64,000 nucleotides of DNA from Balanoglossus misakiensis (lineage: Eukaryota; Animalia; Hemichordata): NCBI GenBank assembly GCA_040954595.2, contig CM082576.2, positions 11,969,129 through 12,033,128 of the forward strand. The letters run 5' to 3'. Below the pieces are notes generated by a model that did no database searches, was not told where the DNA came from, and saw nothing but the letters and a program-made list of their open reading frames with translations. Position numbers and translations under genes: made by a program. Shown here piece after piece: positions 12,701-27,700 of the stretch. Position 1 is the stretch's first letter; every line of letters starts with the position of its first letter.

Positions 12701-15700
12701 GGGGTCTACAGAACAGGAAAAAAGTGCCATTAAAGTGAAAATGATTACATGTTTGATTTGGAAAATATAATGCATCATTTTGTCTATTTGTATATATTAC
12801 TCTCCAGGCCCCTTTGCATAATAAATTTGCATCTAATAAACTAACGCATTAATTATGAAACCATCAGCGAGAGATTATTAATGAGCATATTGTTACCCAT
12901 TGTTTTTCTACACATTATTATCATACACCCAATTGCTAAAATTAAAGTCAGTGTAAAATGCCTCAGAAAGTCTACTCCCTTAGGTTGCAACATTCATGCA
13001 CCTGTTTGGAGAGTGAGTTGACAAAGGAATGCTCAATCACCCATTTCCCTGTATAGAGGTCCAACTTTACCATAGAAAATAAAACTTTTGGACCAAACCA
13101 TGGTGGTGAAAGGGTTAAGGCTCTAACCCAAGTCAAACCTAGTTGCATGGTAGAACACACCAGCGGTAAGTCTCAGTCTGTGTGATAATATATTGGATGG
13201 ACTCCACCACGTGCAACTTTAATGACTGTTTTACTGTAGACAGACACAGACCCACCTTCTGTAAAGTTTTGGAGATATGTATATATTAGGAATCCCTTCC
13301 TCTTTGTCTTCAGCAATATGGTTTTTAGTTGAATAAAGTCTTTGGTATCGGAAATAGACATAGATGAGTATAACAATGACAGTGACACAGAGAAGAGGCA
13401 GTGATATGTAGAGGGCCAGCATTACGGCGTTCAGTTTGTGTTTTCTGTCGTCCTCCGGCTCGTTTTCGTCTCCCTGCAGTCCTGTGATTGTGATCTTCTG
13501 GTCCATCATGGTGGAGATGTTTGCAGCGATCACAGAGGCTTTTGGACTTCCCTGGACTGATGATGTAGAGTTGTGCGTGCTGGTCTCATATTGAGAAGTG
13601 GTGCTCTCTCCAAACAGATCCACTGGGAATGCACAAAAGATATGAAATGTCGAAATTACTGAGCATCGTACTCGCTACTATTTCACTGAATTCAATGCAC
13701 TTGTAATGAGTGTACCGGGGGTGGGGTTGGGGGGGGGGGAATTTGTGTGCATAATTATGTTTAAGTCATACTGTATTTGTCACTGTAGCAACTTTGGAAG
13801 ATGTCCAGGTAGTCGTGTATCTGGCTTTTAATAACCCTTTCACTAACATGGGTCAGTCCAAACCCATTGTTTTCTATGGTACAAGTAATAAATGATGTGA
13901 AAAATAATTCCAAAAAAAATACAAAAAAATAGCTTTAGGCAGGTCTCAGTAGTTGGTGACTACGGTTCAAATAAAAATAAAACAAAATGGCCAACTGGTT
14001 GCCACATTGGATCTTATTGCAGAAACAGATTTCGCTTTTAACTTTTCATAGTTTATCAGAGTCTTTTAATTGTCTTTCCATCCTTTAATTTATCTCTGAA
14101 CTTTTTCTTAGCTGAAATGTGAGTGACATGACTATATGATTAAAAGCCAGAGTCAATGAAATAATCATGCACTGTCATGTCCAAAACCAATGCAATAAAT
14201 GTTACGCAAAATCAATGCCAACACTTACTTGATGTATAGAAAACATATGGGAGTAACATCCCAAAAATAATGTCTTGATTTGGTGCACCTTGAACCCCGA
14301 TCTGAAAGAGGTGATGTTGGCTCGTGGTAAAAAAGACAGTAGGCAAAATGGTAAAATTCAACCAAGTCTAGTCTTTAATATGGTAAATGGCGTCAGTGTG
14401 TACCATTTTCAGTGCGTTTCTACAACGGAATATAGTCATATTTGGCAATCACTCTCATAATTTGTGGTGGGTTTTTAATGAGAAAGTTTTTTTCTTCTAC
14501 CAACAAATCATAATATGTGATGAGATACCTTGTGCTTTAAATACAAACAAAGCACTGACCTTTACAACATAATTGGTATTCGGCAGGAGATTTTGTAGAA
14601 TAAAACTATTTTCTTCCTGGAATGAGAAAAGACAGCAAAAACCTGACAATTCACAATTGATGTGAAAATACTAAAGAACATTTAGGTGCTGGACAGGAAT
14701 CACATTTTGCGAGCCAAAATGCTTGCTTTCATTTCAACCAGTATCATAGGGCTGTATAGTCAATAATACTACAGATGACACTTGAGATGAACATATAAAT
14801 TTATATGAAATTTCTGAATGACTGACTATTCATATCATACACGATATTGGAATGTAAATTATTTAATCAGGGGAGGGTTACTAGATTGTAATCAAGGCGG
14901 GAGGGTCAACACCAATTTCTTGTGCAACCAATCAAGGGAAGGTCATCATTTTTCATGCATCCAGCTTTTGAAAAGCACCTCACCATCCCTGTTTAACAAC
15001 TTTCTCCAGGTCCTAACCTTACAATAATAGTAGTTTCACTCACTTTACCTAACTAAGACAAAGGCAATGAAATGACATTGTCAAGGGGGCGCTGTCCACC
15101 AGAGATCGACCCTGCATGTACAGACAACAAGACAATTAGGCACCAGGGCGAATAAAGTTTACCTTGGGAATATACACTTGCTGTGCTGTTTCAGGATTAA
15201 TCTTCGGAAAGAACGAGAAACTCATGAGTCGATGTCCCCACTCGACGCCATAGCCATGAAAGTACACACTCGAATCTACTGCCGCCCAGCTGACATTGAC
15301 AGAGATATTTCCCTCTTTAGTTTTCCATGGATGCGATATGGAAACGTTCGTCACCGCTGGCAAAGATGTTCTGACCGCTGTAATAAAACAATAACAAATC
15401 AAGGATTTCATTATTTTGTCATTGTTTTCAATCAACACTATACTGTTACATGCGCTTCGATCTACAGTTGGGTATACACGGATGACCTAAATCATTCAGC
15501 TGGTCTGCGTGACCCGAGTTGTTTGATATTCCCCCTCACACTTCACACACCTTCCTCTCGGCACGTCCCCCTGTTCGATGCACATGTCATTGCCCATCAC
15601 CAGGGATCGCCAGTAGCTGGAGCGCACTGAATAACCTCAGGGCACATCCCACTGCAATCACCGTGATAATTGTCATCAACTGCACACCATACAAAATTGT

Positions 15701-18700
15701 TAAAGTACAAGCCCTGCATGCGGTATAGCTATGATGCTTTACACACCGATTTTAATTAATACCCTGTGTGTGACATATTAGCCACATGGTAAACTGACCA
15801 ACAAAACTACCATCCATTTGGCAAGATTGCAGTATATCTCTGACAGGCTTAAAACACTCGTTTGGGTTCATCTACTGATTTAGTTGACAACAGTATCCCG
15901 AGAAACGGTGGTTGGAGGTGACATCCTGTGTTTACTGTTTTACTGTGCGAATCAAATGAAATTAGCAGTTTTGCTAAAGAGTGGCTGTCTTGTTGATCAC
16001 TTCAACATTATTAACAATTAAGAATTGCATATAAAATAGTTCATATGGTTATGAAACCTGATGTCTGTCAAGTCTAATGATGGCACACACTGTACTATAA
16101 AGATAGCCACTTACACGTTTTCGGCTTGCATTTGTAATTTTCAATTTTGGAGCATTCTGAAACAAAACAAAAAGATCTTACTGGTTTATATGTTCATATT
16201 GTTTACATTCAAATAAACATGATACTTCTCATGCCGTCATATTAAAAAAAACAATTGCAGTAACTATGACTGAAAATGCTTCTATCGTCAGTGGCTGTTG
16301 GCAATGAAGTGCCACCTGTCGAAATATTGTGGCTATCCTGGGAAACAATACAGATATCACCCGAACCTTAATTTCTGCTGGCTATACAGCAAAATTAACC
16401 TCTCAACAAATATAAGCATGTAACTGCATGGAAATCAACTCTTCACTTGAGAAGCTCATTCAGTCCACTATTTGTGAGGCAATGAGACAAAATATGCCAC
16501 AAGTGAATAACAATATCAATATCAGTTATTTACCTCTTAAATCAGAATAAAGGCACCCGGAATATCCCTCGATCTGAATGATAAAATGTTTGGTATGTTA
16601 AGTTTAAATCTAAATGATTTAAATAATATTTGATAAGTGATTATTAATAAAGCGACAGAATTAACACAGTCAAAACAGCAGGGACGAGAAAATGATTTTC
16701 TTCATTATGGTAATTTTCATATTCCTTGTTGCTATGCGCATGCAGGCATCCCAGTCTAGCTACACTAACATACCCGAAGTCCGAACTCACAACCAAAATT
16801 CTCTTTGCTCAGTTTTATCGTGGCATTCAGTGGTCCAGGCTGGAAGAGGAAAAAAACGAAACAGAAAATCAGACGTTAATGACAGACATCAAATCACTGA
16901 TACTGGAAGGCACATCCATCAGCCCATATAGTATATCCCTCAAACAGAAATGCATCAGATGAATGCTCTCCTCCTGTCATTGGCCCGCCTGATAGTCTTA
17001 GTATACAACTCTCGATATAGTAATGGACTCAAACATGAACCTTGGCATTGTCATAACTTTTCACATAAGTAATGTGAAACATCTGTATACTTTTTCTCAT
17101 GAACCTGACTTGGGATAAACAGTAATCGTTTTTTATGTTATCATGTTTGAATGTACTATGCTCATAACATAAAATTGCTTAAAAGTTGATTTAAATAAAA
17201 AACACCTATTAATTTTGAAACTGTTGCATAATTCACCCAAAATCGGAAATTGTTTGTAATTCTGAACACTGTAAGTTGTATATACTCACACCAGGATAAA
17301 CAAAGACGGTAGCGTCAGTGACAACTTTGTTTGTACACTTCCTGTTGACAACGTGCACCTGATATCCGTCAATGGAACCATCCCAGTCTATAGGTTAGAA
17401 AATACAATGGAGTTTGAAACATCATCAGTGTGATCGAACGTTTAAAGGTTTGCAAACCTCTGACATACCGGTACAGTATGGAAGGGTCGCAAGAGTAAAT
17501 GATCACAAGATACTGTAAAATTTGAAGTCAAACATCTTATCCACAGAATGCAATTTTCAGATGGGCTATTATAAGGTAAAATGTGTCCATTTCTGGATCA
17601 TGTAGCTTTCAAACTTACAGATGCCACAATGGGTAATTCCCTGTCATAATACAACCCACTTCCAGAAAATCAATGAACATGCACCATGATGGACTACTAA
17701 GATAGTTCGCAACTGAATCAGCTGAACATTCAAACATTACACACCTGAAGGTTTGCACGACACATTAACTTTGATCAATTCATCTTCATAGTAGATTCTA
17801 TTTATACGGCAATCTTCAACAACCGATGGTTCTAAACAGAGACAACATGAATAACAAAGGTGTGTACATAAACAAAAGATACCTCACGCAATTCGAAATA
17901 TTTCAACTAAAGACATTCAATGGCATTTTCATTTTCGGGGGTAAGGGTAGTTTAACCCTTTCACCAACATGGTTCAGTCCAATCCCAATGTTTTTGATGG
18001 TAAGGTTGGACCTTATCGAGGGAACTGGGGGTGAAAGTGTTAAAAGTCAGCTTGGTCAGAGGAGGTACGTAGCATGGAGCCACCGACAAAAGAACAGGTA
18101 ATATCAGTTCCTGACAGAAAATTTCCAAAGTGACACACTCTTTGTAGAGAGAGTCAATTACATCTCATACTGATTTATTTATTTGTCATGGATTCACACC
18201 TCAGAGTTAATTACCTGGGTTTAATAAATCTCTATGTATGGCGTACTTTTACCTTGGTGGCATCCAGATAGGAAAAAAAAATATATGATATAAAGTGCTA
18301 TGCAGGCGAAATGAATCTTGGTTTGTAAATACCTGTAACATTGGTGAGCCTGGAGAATCCTCTAGTACCATAGGGACTGATGGCAGCTACTTGAAATTGA
18401 TAGCTTGCACATACATCAAGACGCTCGGCTACAAATGATGTATCACTAGTCTGTAAAAGAAGGGGGGAAAATGAAGTGAAAATTCTAGAAAATTCTCTGG
18501 AATTGCTGTATTTGGTGTGATGTGGTAGACATTTTTACTGTCTTCTTTGCTAAAGTTGAGGACCATTATAGACTATTTCTTGAGGGTCTATGGTTGATTT
18601 GTGGCCTCTTTCATTCTTTCCAGGCTTGAAATTTTCTGGTAGTCGTTTTCCATGCTACATATTTCAGTGCAGACAAAGTGTCAGATCAGTGTGCACACTG

Positions 18701-21700
18701 TGCAGATTGAGAATAAACGAAGCATATTTTTCTGGTCTTTTCCTGAACAAGTCAAGTCACCCAGCTCTAAGTCATTTTGACTTTAAGATTTAAAAGATTT
18801 TAGACTTTCTTTTAAATTGAAAATTGCAAATAAATGGAAGTTCTGAATACAAAAATGAAATTGCATGAGAGAATATAGGGAGGATGACTTGAATGATCTT
18901 AATGATGAGCTATGGTCCATGTAGCTACAGAAAAGGTAGTACATGTTGATGCAAAACATTGTATTGTTTTGCACAAGCACGGCATGTTAGATATCCAGAA
19001 GTAAATCTCCTTGGTAAGGACATGCCTAATTCACTCTTATCTGTTGGTGTACATTTTCTGGAGATAGTGATCAAATCAGTCCAGTTACCTGATTGAAAAC
19101 CATCCACAATCCGGCATCTGCATTAGCAATCTTCTTGTACGCATGCAGGACATAGTAGACTGGAAACGGGTGGTCGCTACTGTTACTTGATGTTGAGACG
19201 CTGGGCACCGGCTCCCATGACAGCGACACACTTTGAGAAGACCTCTTGGTTAGATGTAAGCTGGGAATGTCTGGTAGGTGGTGTGCTGGGTGTGAATTAG
19301 ATTAAAACATAATATGTTTGAAATGATTTTCACTTCATGGAAACGTCAACAGGACAGCCATTCAAGAACCAATTTTTGAATCATGCTCATTCTACTATAG
19401 ACGAAAGGGGAAGTTCTTGCCTTAGAACTTTTACTAATCCATGTGTTTATGAACCACAGTAAACATTCATTGGTGAACCCCAGAGTTTATTTCCAAAAAG
19501 TTCTGAAATGATCACCCATCCTGAGAAAATGTATTTTCTCCTATACATGTGCACCATAGCCACTACTAGACCAGCAGCTAACCCACATGTTAAGCAAACA
19601 CTCCAAGCAACGAGAGGCATTCACAGGCAAATATTGCAAAATGTAAATAGTTAATTGATTGGAGTGACACCCCCCCCCCCCCCCCCACCAAACCCTGTTT
19701 TAATTCCTAATCTTCATCTTCAACTAGATCAGTTGTGGGTTGAAAGCTGGGTCAGTTTTTGTTATCTACGGTATTCCATCTATCCCTTCAAATGCTCAAG
19801 ATGCGCATTATTGATGAGTGTTTTGTACGGATACAAGCAGCCAAATATTAGTCTAGACTCCTCCGCGCATCGGATGATTCCGCGTTCATTGGACACTGAC
19901 TATCAATCCTATCATGCCACACTTGGAAATTAACAAGAACGGCAAACAAACTCACGTGAAGGTGACTTGCCTGTCCTCAACACAGATAAAAGGACAGTGA
20001 TGATCAGTGACATACATTGTTTGGGTTTGGTGTTTTCTTTGGTAAATAGTGCGTTTTGATGTCGTATGATCATGTTTTCTGGATTCGGGCCAGCTTTAGA
20101 TCGGGCAAGGGGAAACTGCAATTCATGGTTTGGTACTCATCATCTCTGACTCTCTAAATTTCCCTCAACAGAAGCCATATCAGGGCCCCATACCCTTTCA
20201 CACTCGCCCACAAACAAACAGGTGCTTGTATATGTCTCTGTGTGTTTGTAGTGTATCTGTTACCCCTGCCACTGTTTCTTATACCTGTCTTCGAATTTGA
20301 TCATACACACATTTGAGGTAACCAAACTTTTGAGTAGGCGGACTGAGGATTCAGAAAAGTAGCTACCTGGTAGTTAAATGATGAAATGTTGAAAAAGTGG
20401 GAGGTGTCCAAAAATTAAAAGAAATGACAATAATGCTTGCAGTTTTACTATTAAACTGAAAGTGATAAAGAATGATCATAGACCACTACGCAGAGAGGGG
20501 TATCTGCAATGCATGATGGTATAATTTGCGTTCAACACAGCGTCTAGTACATGGCTAACGCACGCGCTCAGAATGCAAACTGTCCCACAACCCCCTGTGT
20601 TATGCTATCCGCGAAGTGGTCCATACTAGATACATCGGGATTTGGAATCACATTTCTGATGTTGATGATTTGTTTTGAAGAAATAAAAACCATTTACCTT
20701 CTGCTTCTGTTCCATGCATGCAGTTCTTTGCACAGGACGTTGTATTCTGTCAAGAAGGAACACCACATACATGTAGATTATGTCATTTTTGCAGTTCACA
20801 TCATCTAAATGGGTGTACCGTATATGGTTGGGTTAGAGAAAGAATTACATGCATTCAAACAGCCTGTGTTAAACTCCTTTCTCTTTTTGTGTGTTAAAAC
20901 CTACATTTTATTATAAATCAAATTTTACATCATGTTCTTGATATTGTATTAAGTCTGATTTTTGTTTCATTACCTGTGTCAACTTTCAAAATCTGATGTC
21001 TTCTACGGTATCAAATTATGAGTGCATTAATATTATAGTAATAACCCAGTGTTGGACGTCATTGTGTGCTGTTTTAGTACCATATTTAATAACCCTTCAT
21101 AATGGTGACTGTCTCAGATGAACGTGATTTATCATCGTGCCCCAGTTTGTTACATGGGTCTATTTCATTAACACAGTCCACCAACAATACACTGTGATGA
21201 TAGTACATTTAGATTTTTATTTCATCATGTACCGTAGTAATTTCAGATGCTTCATGATTTAGGCATTCACACGAATACGATAACATCAGCGGTATCTTAT
21301 GTCCCCGTTTAGACTTTTATTTACTGTGTGTGTAAACAGCAATTACAATTCAACACTATACACACCACTTTTGGCAGCAGCCATTCAAAATGGAATCAGA
21401 GACAAGATAATGATAATGCTACACTGTTTGCCAACACTTGACATTCTGAACATTCTGAATGCATTACAGTAAATAAACGGTGAACCCTGATAGGCATATT
21501 TCATATTCACGCTTTGATATGACGTCAGTACTGTATACTGTTCACACGCTGATTATATATACTTACACAGTTTTGAGCCCAGAGAAACGCAGTGGTTTGG
21601 CAGTCACAGTCATCCGTTATCTACAAGGAATACGAGAAATAATCAGTGATGATGTCAGAGAGAATCTGTGAGCTGATCGGGATAACTTTCTGATTGTCTG

Positions 21701-24700
21701 CATTCAACAGTAGAAGTTCCGTACATTGTACACAGATTTGTTGGAAATTAGGTCACTGCAACACAACTTTTTCGTGACCTACTATGATACGCACGCAACC
21801 AAAATTGATGAATACATTATAAAACATCCAATGTCGTAACCTGTGGAACTCGATATATTTCCATGTTTGTACAGTATGCATGTTCTGATAATAGCATGAC
21901 TCTCTTTTTGGCCAGATGCCTATTCATTCGTATAATTTTGTAACAGCTAGTATTATTCAGTTTCCATTGGCTTTGATGCAGGTCGATCTGTACAGGATGC
22001 AAAACATGAAAACATTAGCCAGTTATAAAATAGTGTACGAGCACACTGCATTTGACCAAATATTCCTGATTTTTTACATCAAAATAATAATTTGTTTTTG
22101 CCAACTGCCCGCTATTTTCTACATCCATGGCAACTAGCTTTTTGCTTCCTACTCTACAGCTTGTCCAATACACCATACACAAAAGCCCTTGCCCAAACAT
22201 GGCTGTATTTTTTGAATAACACTATAATAATGAAGATCAACACAGCTACACTGGTATTTGCAGTCTATGAGAAATACACTTGTTACAATCAATCTCCCAC
22301 GTGATGCTCTGCTGTTAATCTAATCACCAAATAAATAAAAATCTGAAGTTTTTTCGATGTCGTCTTTATCTTTACATTTTTTGAATTGGGACAGTGAGGC
22401 AGTGATTTTTCAAAAAATTTCCATCAAGCACTTTAGATAGCTAGCGGATATTGACAACACTTTGTAATGTGACATAACTTAATATGGAAAAACTTGGATT
22501 CCACAATGGAAAACTGGCAAATGGTATTCTGTTTGTGATGGCACATATATAATGTTCACTTGATTAAGAAATGTTGAACATTAATATACAATGGCTCCCA
22601 ACTTGCTGTTGAATGCAAATTCCCCAAGGCCAAAATTACTTAATACTATAGTCAGCAATTATAATCACTTTATCAATTAAGATATCGATGGTATTACTTA
22701 AAGTCTGTGTCCAATGATTCTATTCACTAGTCTAAATGGGTGTTCTTTCACTCATGTTTATTATAATGACAGAACTCTCCAAATTCAAATTTCACCATAG
22801 AACCTGGCATTAATGCAACCGGCTTTACTTTGAGTGAACATCTTCATTTAAAGTAAGAGTTCAATGGTGCATGCACATACAAGGGTGAAACCTCTCATCA
22901 CACCTTGCATAGTATCCAATTTTTAGTTATATTTGGAGCTCTAATTTCCACTTTTCCATTATCATCATGCTGCTTTTCAAGCACTTATTGTTGATTAGAG
23001 TGCCTGCACACTTGAATTCTTAAAAGTTTCTTGGAATTCCAATCGCAATTATCGCCCGTTCTGGAAAAAAATAATTCAGCTAAAGTGTGTTTCTGTGTCA
23101 TCCGCAGCTTTGGCGCAGACAGATTCTGTGAGTTACAGCCTACTGGAGAAGTTTTTCTGCTTCAAAATAAAAGACTAGACAATCTAATAATATTTGAATC
23201 TGGGCAAGTGGCCTAGATTTTTGTTTCTTCAGCCTGTTCAAGATACTGTAAAACAGATTATTTTCGCCAGCAATAACTTTTCGCGAAATACACTAGAGCC
23301 AAAAAACGTGAATTTGTGAAAATAAAAAGTCACATAAAAATGTGGGGGTTTTGGGAGATACGTGTAACAGTTGCCTCTTTTGATATCGCGGAAATCTCCT
23401 GTTGCGAAAATAACTCGTTTTACAGTAACAATGGACATGGCATGACAAAGCAGCACACTTTACCCAGTAACACATTTACTGTAGAAATCAGTATTACTTT
23501 AGCCCAAGGAAACTGCCTGGCGGTGTCTTTGATGCTCTTTATTTTTTGGATAAACAACATGCCCGTTGACCTTTGCCGACTATTTTATTACATTAATAAA
23601 AGCTAAAGGCTGTCACAAAATTGATAGCGTGGTTAGAGAATAATCATGTGTTTTCGCTTAAGGTGGCGCTGCGTGTTACCTGCACAATTTCTTTCTTTTT
23701 TTTTTCAAAGTCATATTTCTCGTCAAGGACAACGTGGGATCTGGGAAACGCCACAAACCACACATTTTCATAGAGATGAGTATCGGAACTTTAAGTGGAA
23801 AATGGTATTATGTCATTCAAAAGAATTTAACTCCATGAGTGCATGTCGCTCTCCAGAAGTTGACGCGTCATTCAAAACGGGAGATAACATGGCAATACAA
23901 ATACAGAATATTAAAAATAGAAATATGTCACATACACACCAAAATGATGAATTTTACATGCTTTATGGCCAAATATTAAAACTTCACAGCTTTAAGAATT
24001 ATGATAGCTACATGAACTGATCTAAAGTACAGCAGATGGCTTATCACAAAGTTGTGGACGTCTTACATCTATTTTAAGCTTCTAGAAACGAGCCTAATCA
24101 GATAAAACTTCCAGAAATGAAAAATAGCCGGATCCAAAATGAAAAATCTAGATAGGACGTGGAAATAACTTGATGACAGTGTTTAACATGTTAATAAGAA
24201 TGACATATGGTACAAATAAATGCCTTCATTTACACCTGTAGTCGTTCACTGGCCTGTCACGCACATCCTGTTCTGCAAGTGATATACAACTTTACTGAAA
24301 TGAGAATGGTTCCACCATGAAGATATGTTTCTATGTACTATTTGATTTTGAACAGAATGATTCTATCTGCTGGTATTAAGAAAAAAAGTTGCTGTGAAGA
24401 ATTTTCTGTGAAAAACGTGGACTTTTAAATGACTCAGTAGCAGCATCCATACACATTAATTTCACAATTAAAGGTTCAAATAGCAAAATCACTGTATGAA
24501 ATTATTTATTTAACCATATTTTTCACAACAAAGAATAACTTTTTAGTTTCTCAATTCTTCACATTTTGTTTGCACAGAAATTAAGTTGTCCTTGCAGAGA
24601 CCATAGAAAAACATGTTTGATCAATAGGTGTGAATTACCTTTCTTGATATTTTGTTGACAGCATAATCACATGGTAATGACACTGTACTGGAAATAAACG

Positions 24701-27700
24701 ACTCCACCCTGACCATTGACATTGACGTTTATGGGTATGGGCGAGAGAGAATATACACTGAAATTTATGGACTCCGCTGAGTTTTATCTGTTAGTTAATG
24801 TTTGCCTATCCTCTTCACTGACCTTCATCTCACTTGACAGTGGATACTGCAAACACCCTTGCATCATATTTAGGGTCAATTCTTCAATTTTCTAGTGTGA
24901 ATCTACCATATACAGTCTGTAGGCTATACCTGTAGCTAGATCAGGTCTCACCATTAAAAAACTGGGATTTTTGACAGATGAAAGAAAACTATCATTGTCT
25001 TGCCTCTTCACTTTTACAGCTATAAAACAAAAAAATAATTTACCTTGAAGATAAAGGGTACAATATTTTCAAGTTCATAAAATTGTACATATTTTACATT
25101 TTAAACAACTGTACCTGCAAAATTTAACTCTAACCACGGGGTCGATAAATAAAATATATTTATTGATCAATAACATACATTTATGTATTGGTGCATGTCT
25201 GTGTGTGCACAAGGAGACTACGCATTGGCTGTGACTTTGAGCCTACAATAACCAGGTGTCCCTCGGAGATAATCGCCATAGAGACAGGCAACACTGTTGC
25301 ACATCTCGATGGACTTGTAACATTTGTCAGGTCAGATTTACAACATAGGCTTCATGTAAATTTCATTCTGGCCGATAATCCCTCTTGGATATACGGCTAA
25401 TCCAGGGCTAAACAAGCCCATGCCTATCCATTTTGTCTCCAACGTTCTCGATGATTATTAACAAATCTCTTCATTTGTAGATGTTTCACTGGGGTTTTTT
25501 AATCAATTGCCACTCTCCCACGAGTGCACTTGATCATTTAGACACTGTCGGTGCCTCTTATTAATTTCACGGCTAAGGAATTCTCAGCCCATGAATATTT
25601 TTCTGTCAATGAAAGCAGGGAAGATTATGTGCAACAAATGAAGTATCTGAGGGTGTGATTAAATGCAAATCTCTCTCTCTTTAAAGTCATTTTCCTGTTA
25701 CCTGGAAGTTATTTTTTTTTGTTCTGCAGAGGAAACCACATTGTAATTACTAGTGCTAAGCTTTGAAACCAGCGTATAAGACAGCACATGCATATACAGC
25801 AATACAGCTCTTCGGAACAACAGCACCAAGAAACCTGAACGGCACAGAAGCATTACAACAGACACTCACAAAGTGGCACCCTAATCAGTCGCAACCTTCA
25901 CCCAAGGTGTGCTAGGGATGGCTTCCACTGAAGTCAGACCTTCAGGTAAATGAAGCTCTCACTAAAATTGCACTTTTGATGAGTCATGGCAATGGACTTT
26001 GACAGATGCAACTTACAGTAGTAAGGATTCGTTCTCTGCCTATAAACATGAATGAACCATGCATGGCCCAGGGACTGTGATGAAACTGACAAACCTGTAC
26101 GATTTGATCGGTCCAACACTTTGTCGCATATGACAACCTTACCTAACTGTCAGTGAACTGTCATGGAACTTATACATATGACATTATCACAGTTACTCTA
26201 CAAACATGAAAATCAAAAACCACATTTAATGGTATTAACATATCATACATGAAATGTACAAAAACTAGAGTTTCACATATTACAGAAAACATATTAAAGT
26301 TGAATTTGCAAATCTTAAGTAGCATGTGTAACGGATTTACCCTTATCTTGATTGTAAGAACTTTTGCCAAGTAAAGATGAATGGTTGTATATAACCACGT
26401 ACTAGTGAAATGTGATTACATTTAGTACAGTGTCACGTTTACTGAACCTGATAATAATTGTGAATACGAAAAAACCCTCAGAAGAGACCTTGAGATTCTG
26501 AGCGGTCATGTACTGTATGAACACTGCGTGATGTCATTCCGAGATCTTAAAATGAGGCCAAGAGTAAAAGTAATACAGCGAAGCCCTTCAGCGGTACTTC
26601 CATGACGTCACTGAAATGGTTAATCATTGTTCTGACCTCAGCGATGATAATGGAAATGTTCGGGGCCGCAAGATTGAAAATTAAGGTAAATGGGGGTGAC
26701 CTCACCACATGCGGAGCTCGCAAAGGCGGCCGTTTTTATTATTCCCAAAATGTTCAATTTGTAACTTGTTAGTAGTGACTGAGGAATTTATTGATAGTCT
26801 ATAAATACAACATGATGAGTATATTGCCCTAGCAGGGAGGTCGAGGTTGGCACTTTTCATTTCTATGAATCCGGCTGAAGTCGTCTGATGTCAGGAGAGC
26901 ATGCACGGCGCATTGTGTTGCGTGAACTGTGGCCGCGGCGGAATATGGCGTGATCAGCTCCTGGGCCAGTCTCCGGCTAGGGGGTGGGGAAACAAACTCG
27001 CTAGATTAATCGTTTTATTGCTCTGATGATCTGGCCACTTTCGGCCTGTTTGGTTACACTTCCCGTCTCTCAGGCAACGACAAGCTCGACAAGTGGCTCG
27101 GAGAGGACGTGGGATTGGAATGTCCGATTCGCTTTCCACTTCACCGGGATTTAACGGGAAAACAGCGCTTACTTTCTTGAAGTGGTTATAAACGATACAA
27201 TAAATTCAATGGAAAGACTTTCTCTGATTTCTTGTGTAAACAATGTTTACAGGGTTGGCAATGCAGAACTAAAGTGTTTTGAATCACGTCCGAAAAATGC
27301 CAAACGTACTTTTCAGATAACATTTGGTTCTTATCAGGGGGTGGGGGGGGGGATATATGGGGAATGGAAAAGACGGTGCATATACCAGTGCAGAAAACTT
27401 CTCTGAGGCAACTGGACTGCATGACCTGTGAACTGAGACTTGACTGGTTGGTTGCTGTAATTACACATTTCATGAGCAGGAACTACTGTCTTAATTATCA
27501 TTTCTCTGATTTTCATGACAAAGCAATCAACAAATGCCACCTTTTCTATGGAAAACCTCCTTTTTGTCAGAACTTAAACATTATCAAATCACTGAAGGGA
27601 GATGTCACACTTGAATGTTGTGGGATGAAATTGTGATATTCAACAGGTGGTTAGTACTAGCTTTAACCCTCCCTCAGCTGTACAGAAACTTACAACTACT

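Noticed and set aside
15480-15660. GC-rich exon-like segment in an RTK ectodomain intron
   Set aside because: All three frames from the obvious acceptor hit stops, and the flanking exons already join in phase.
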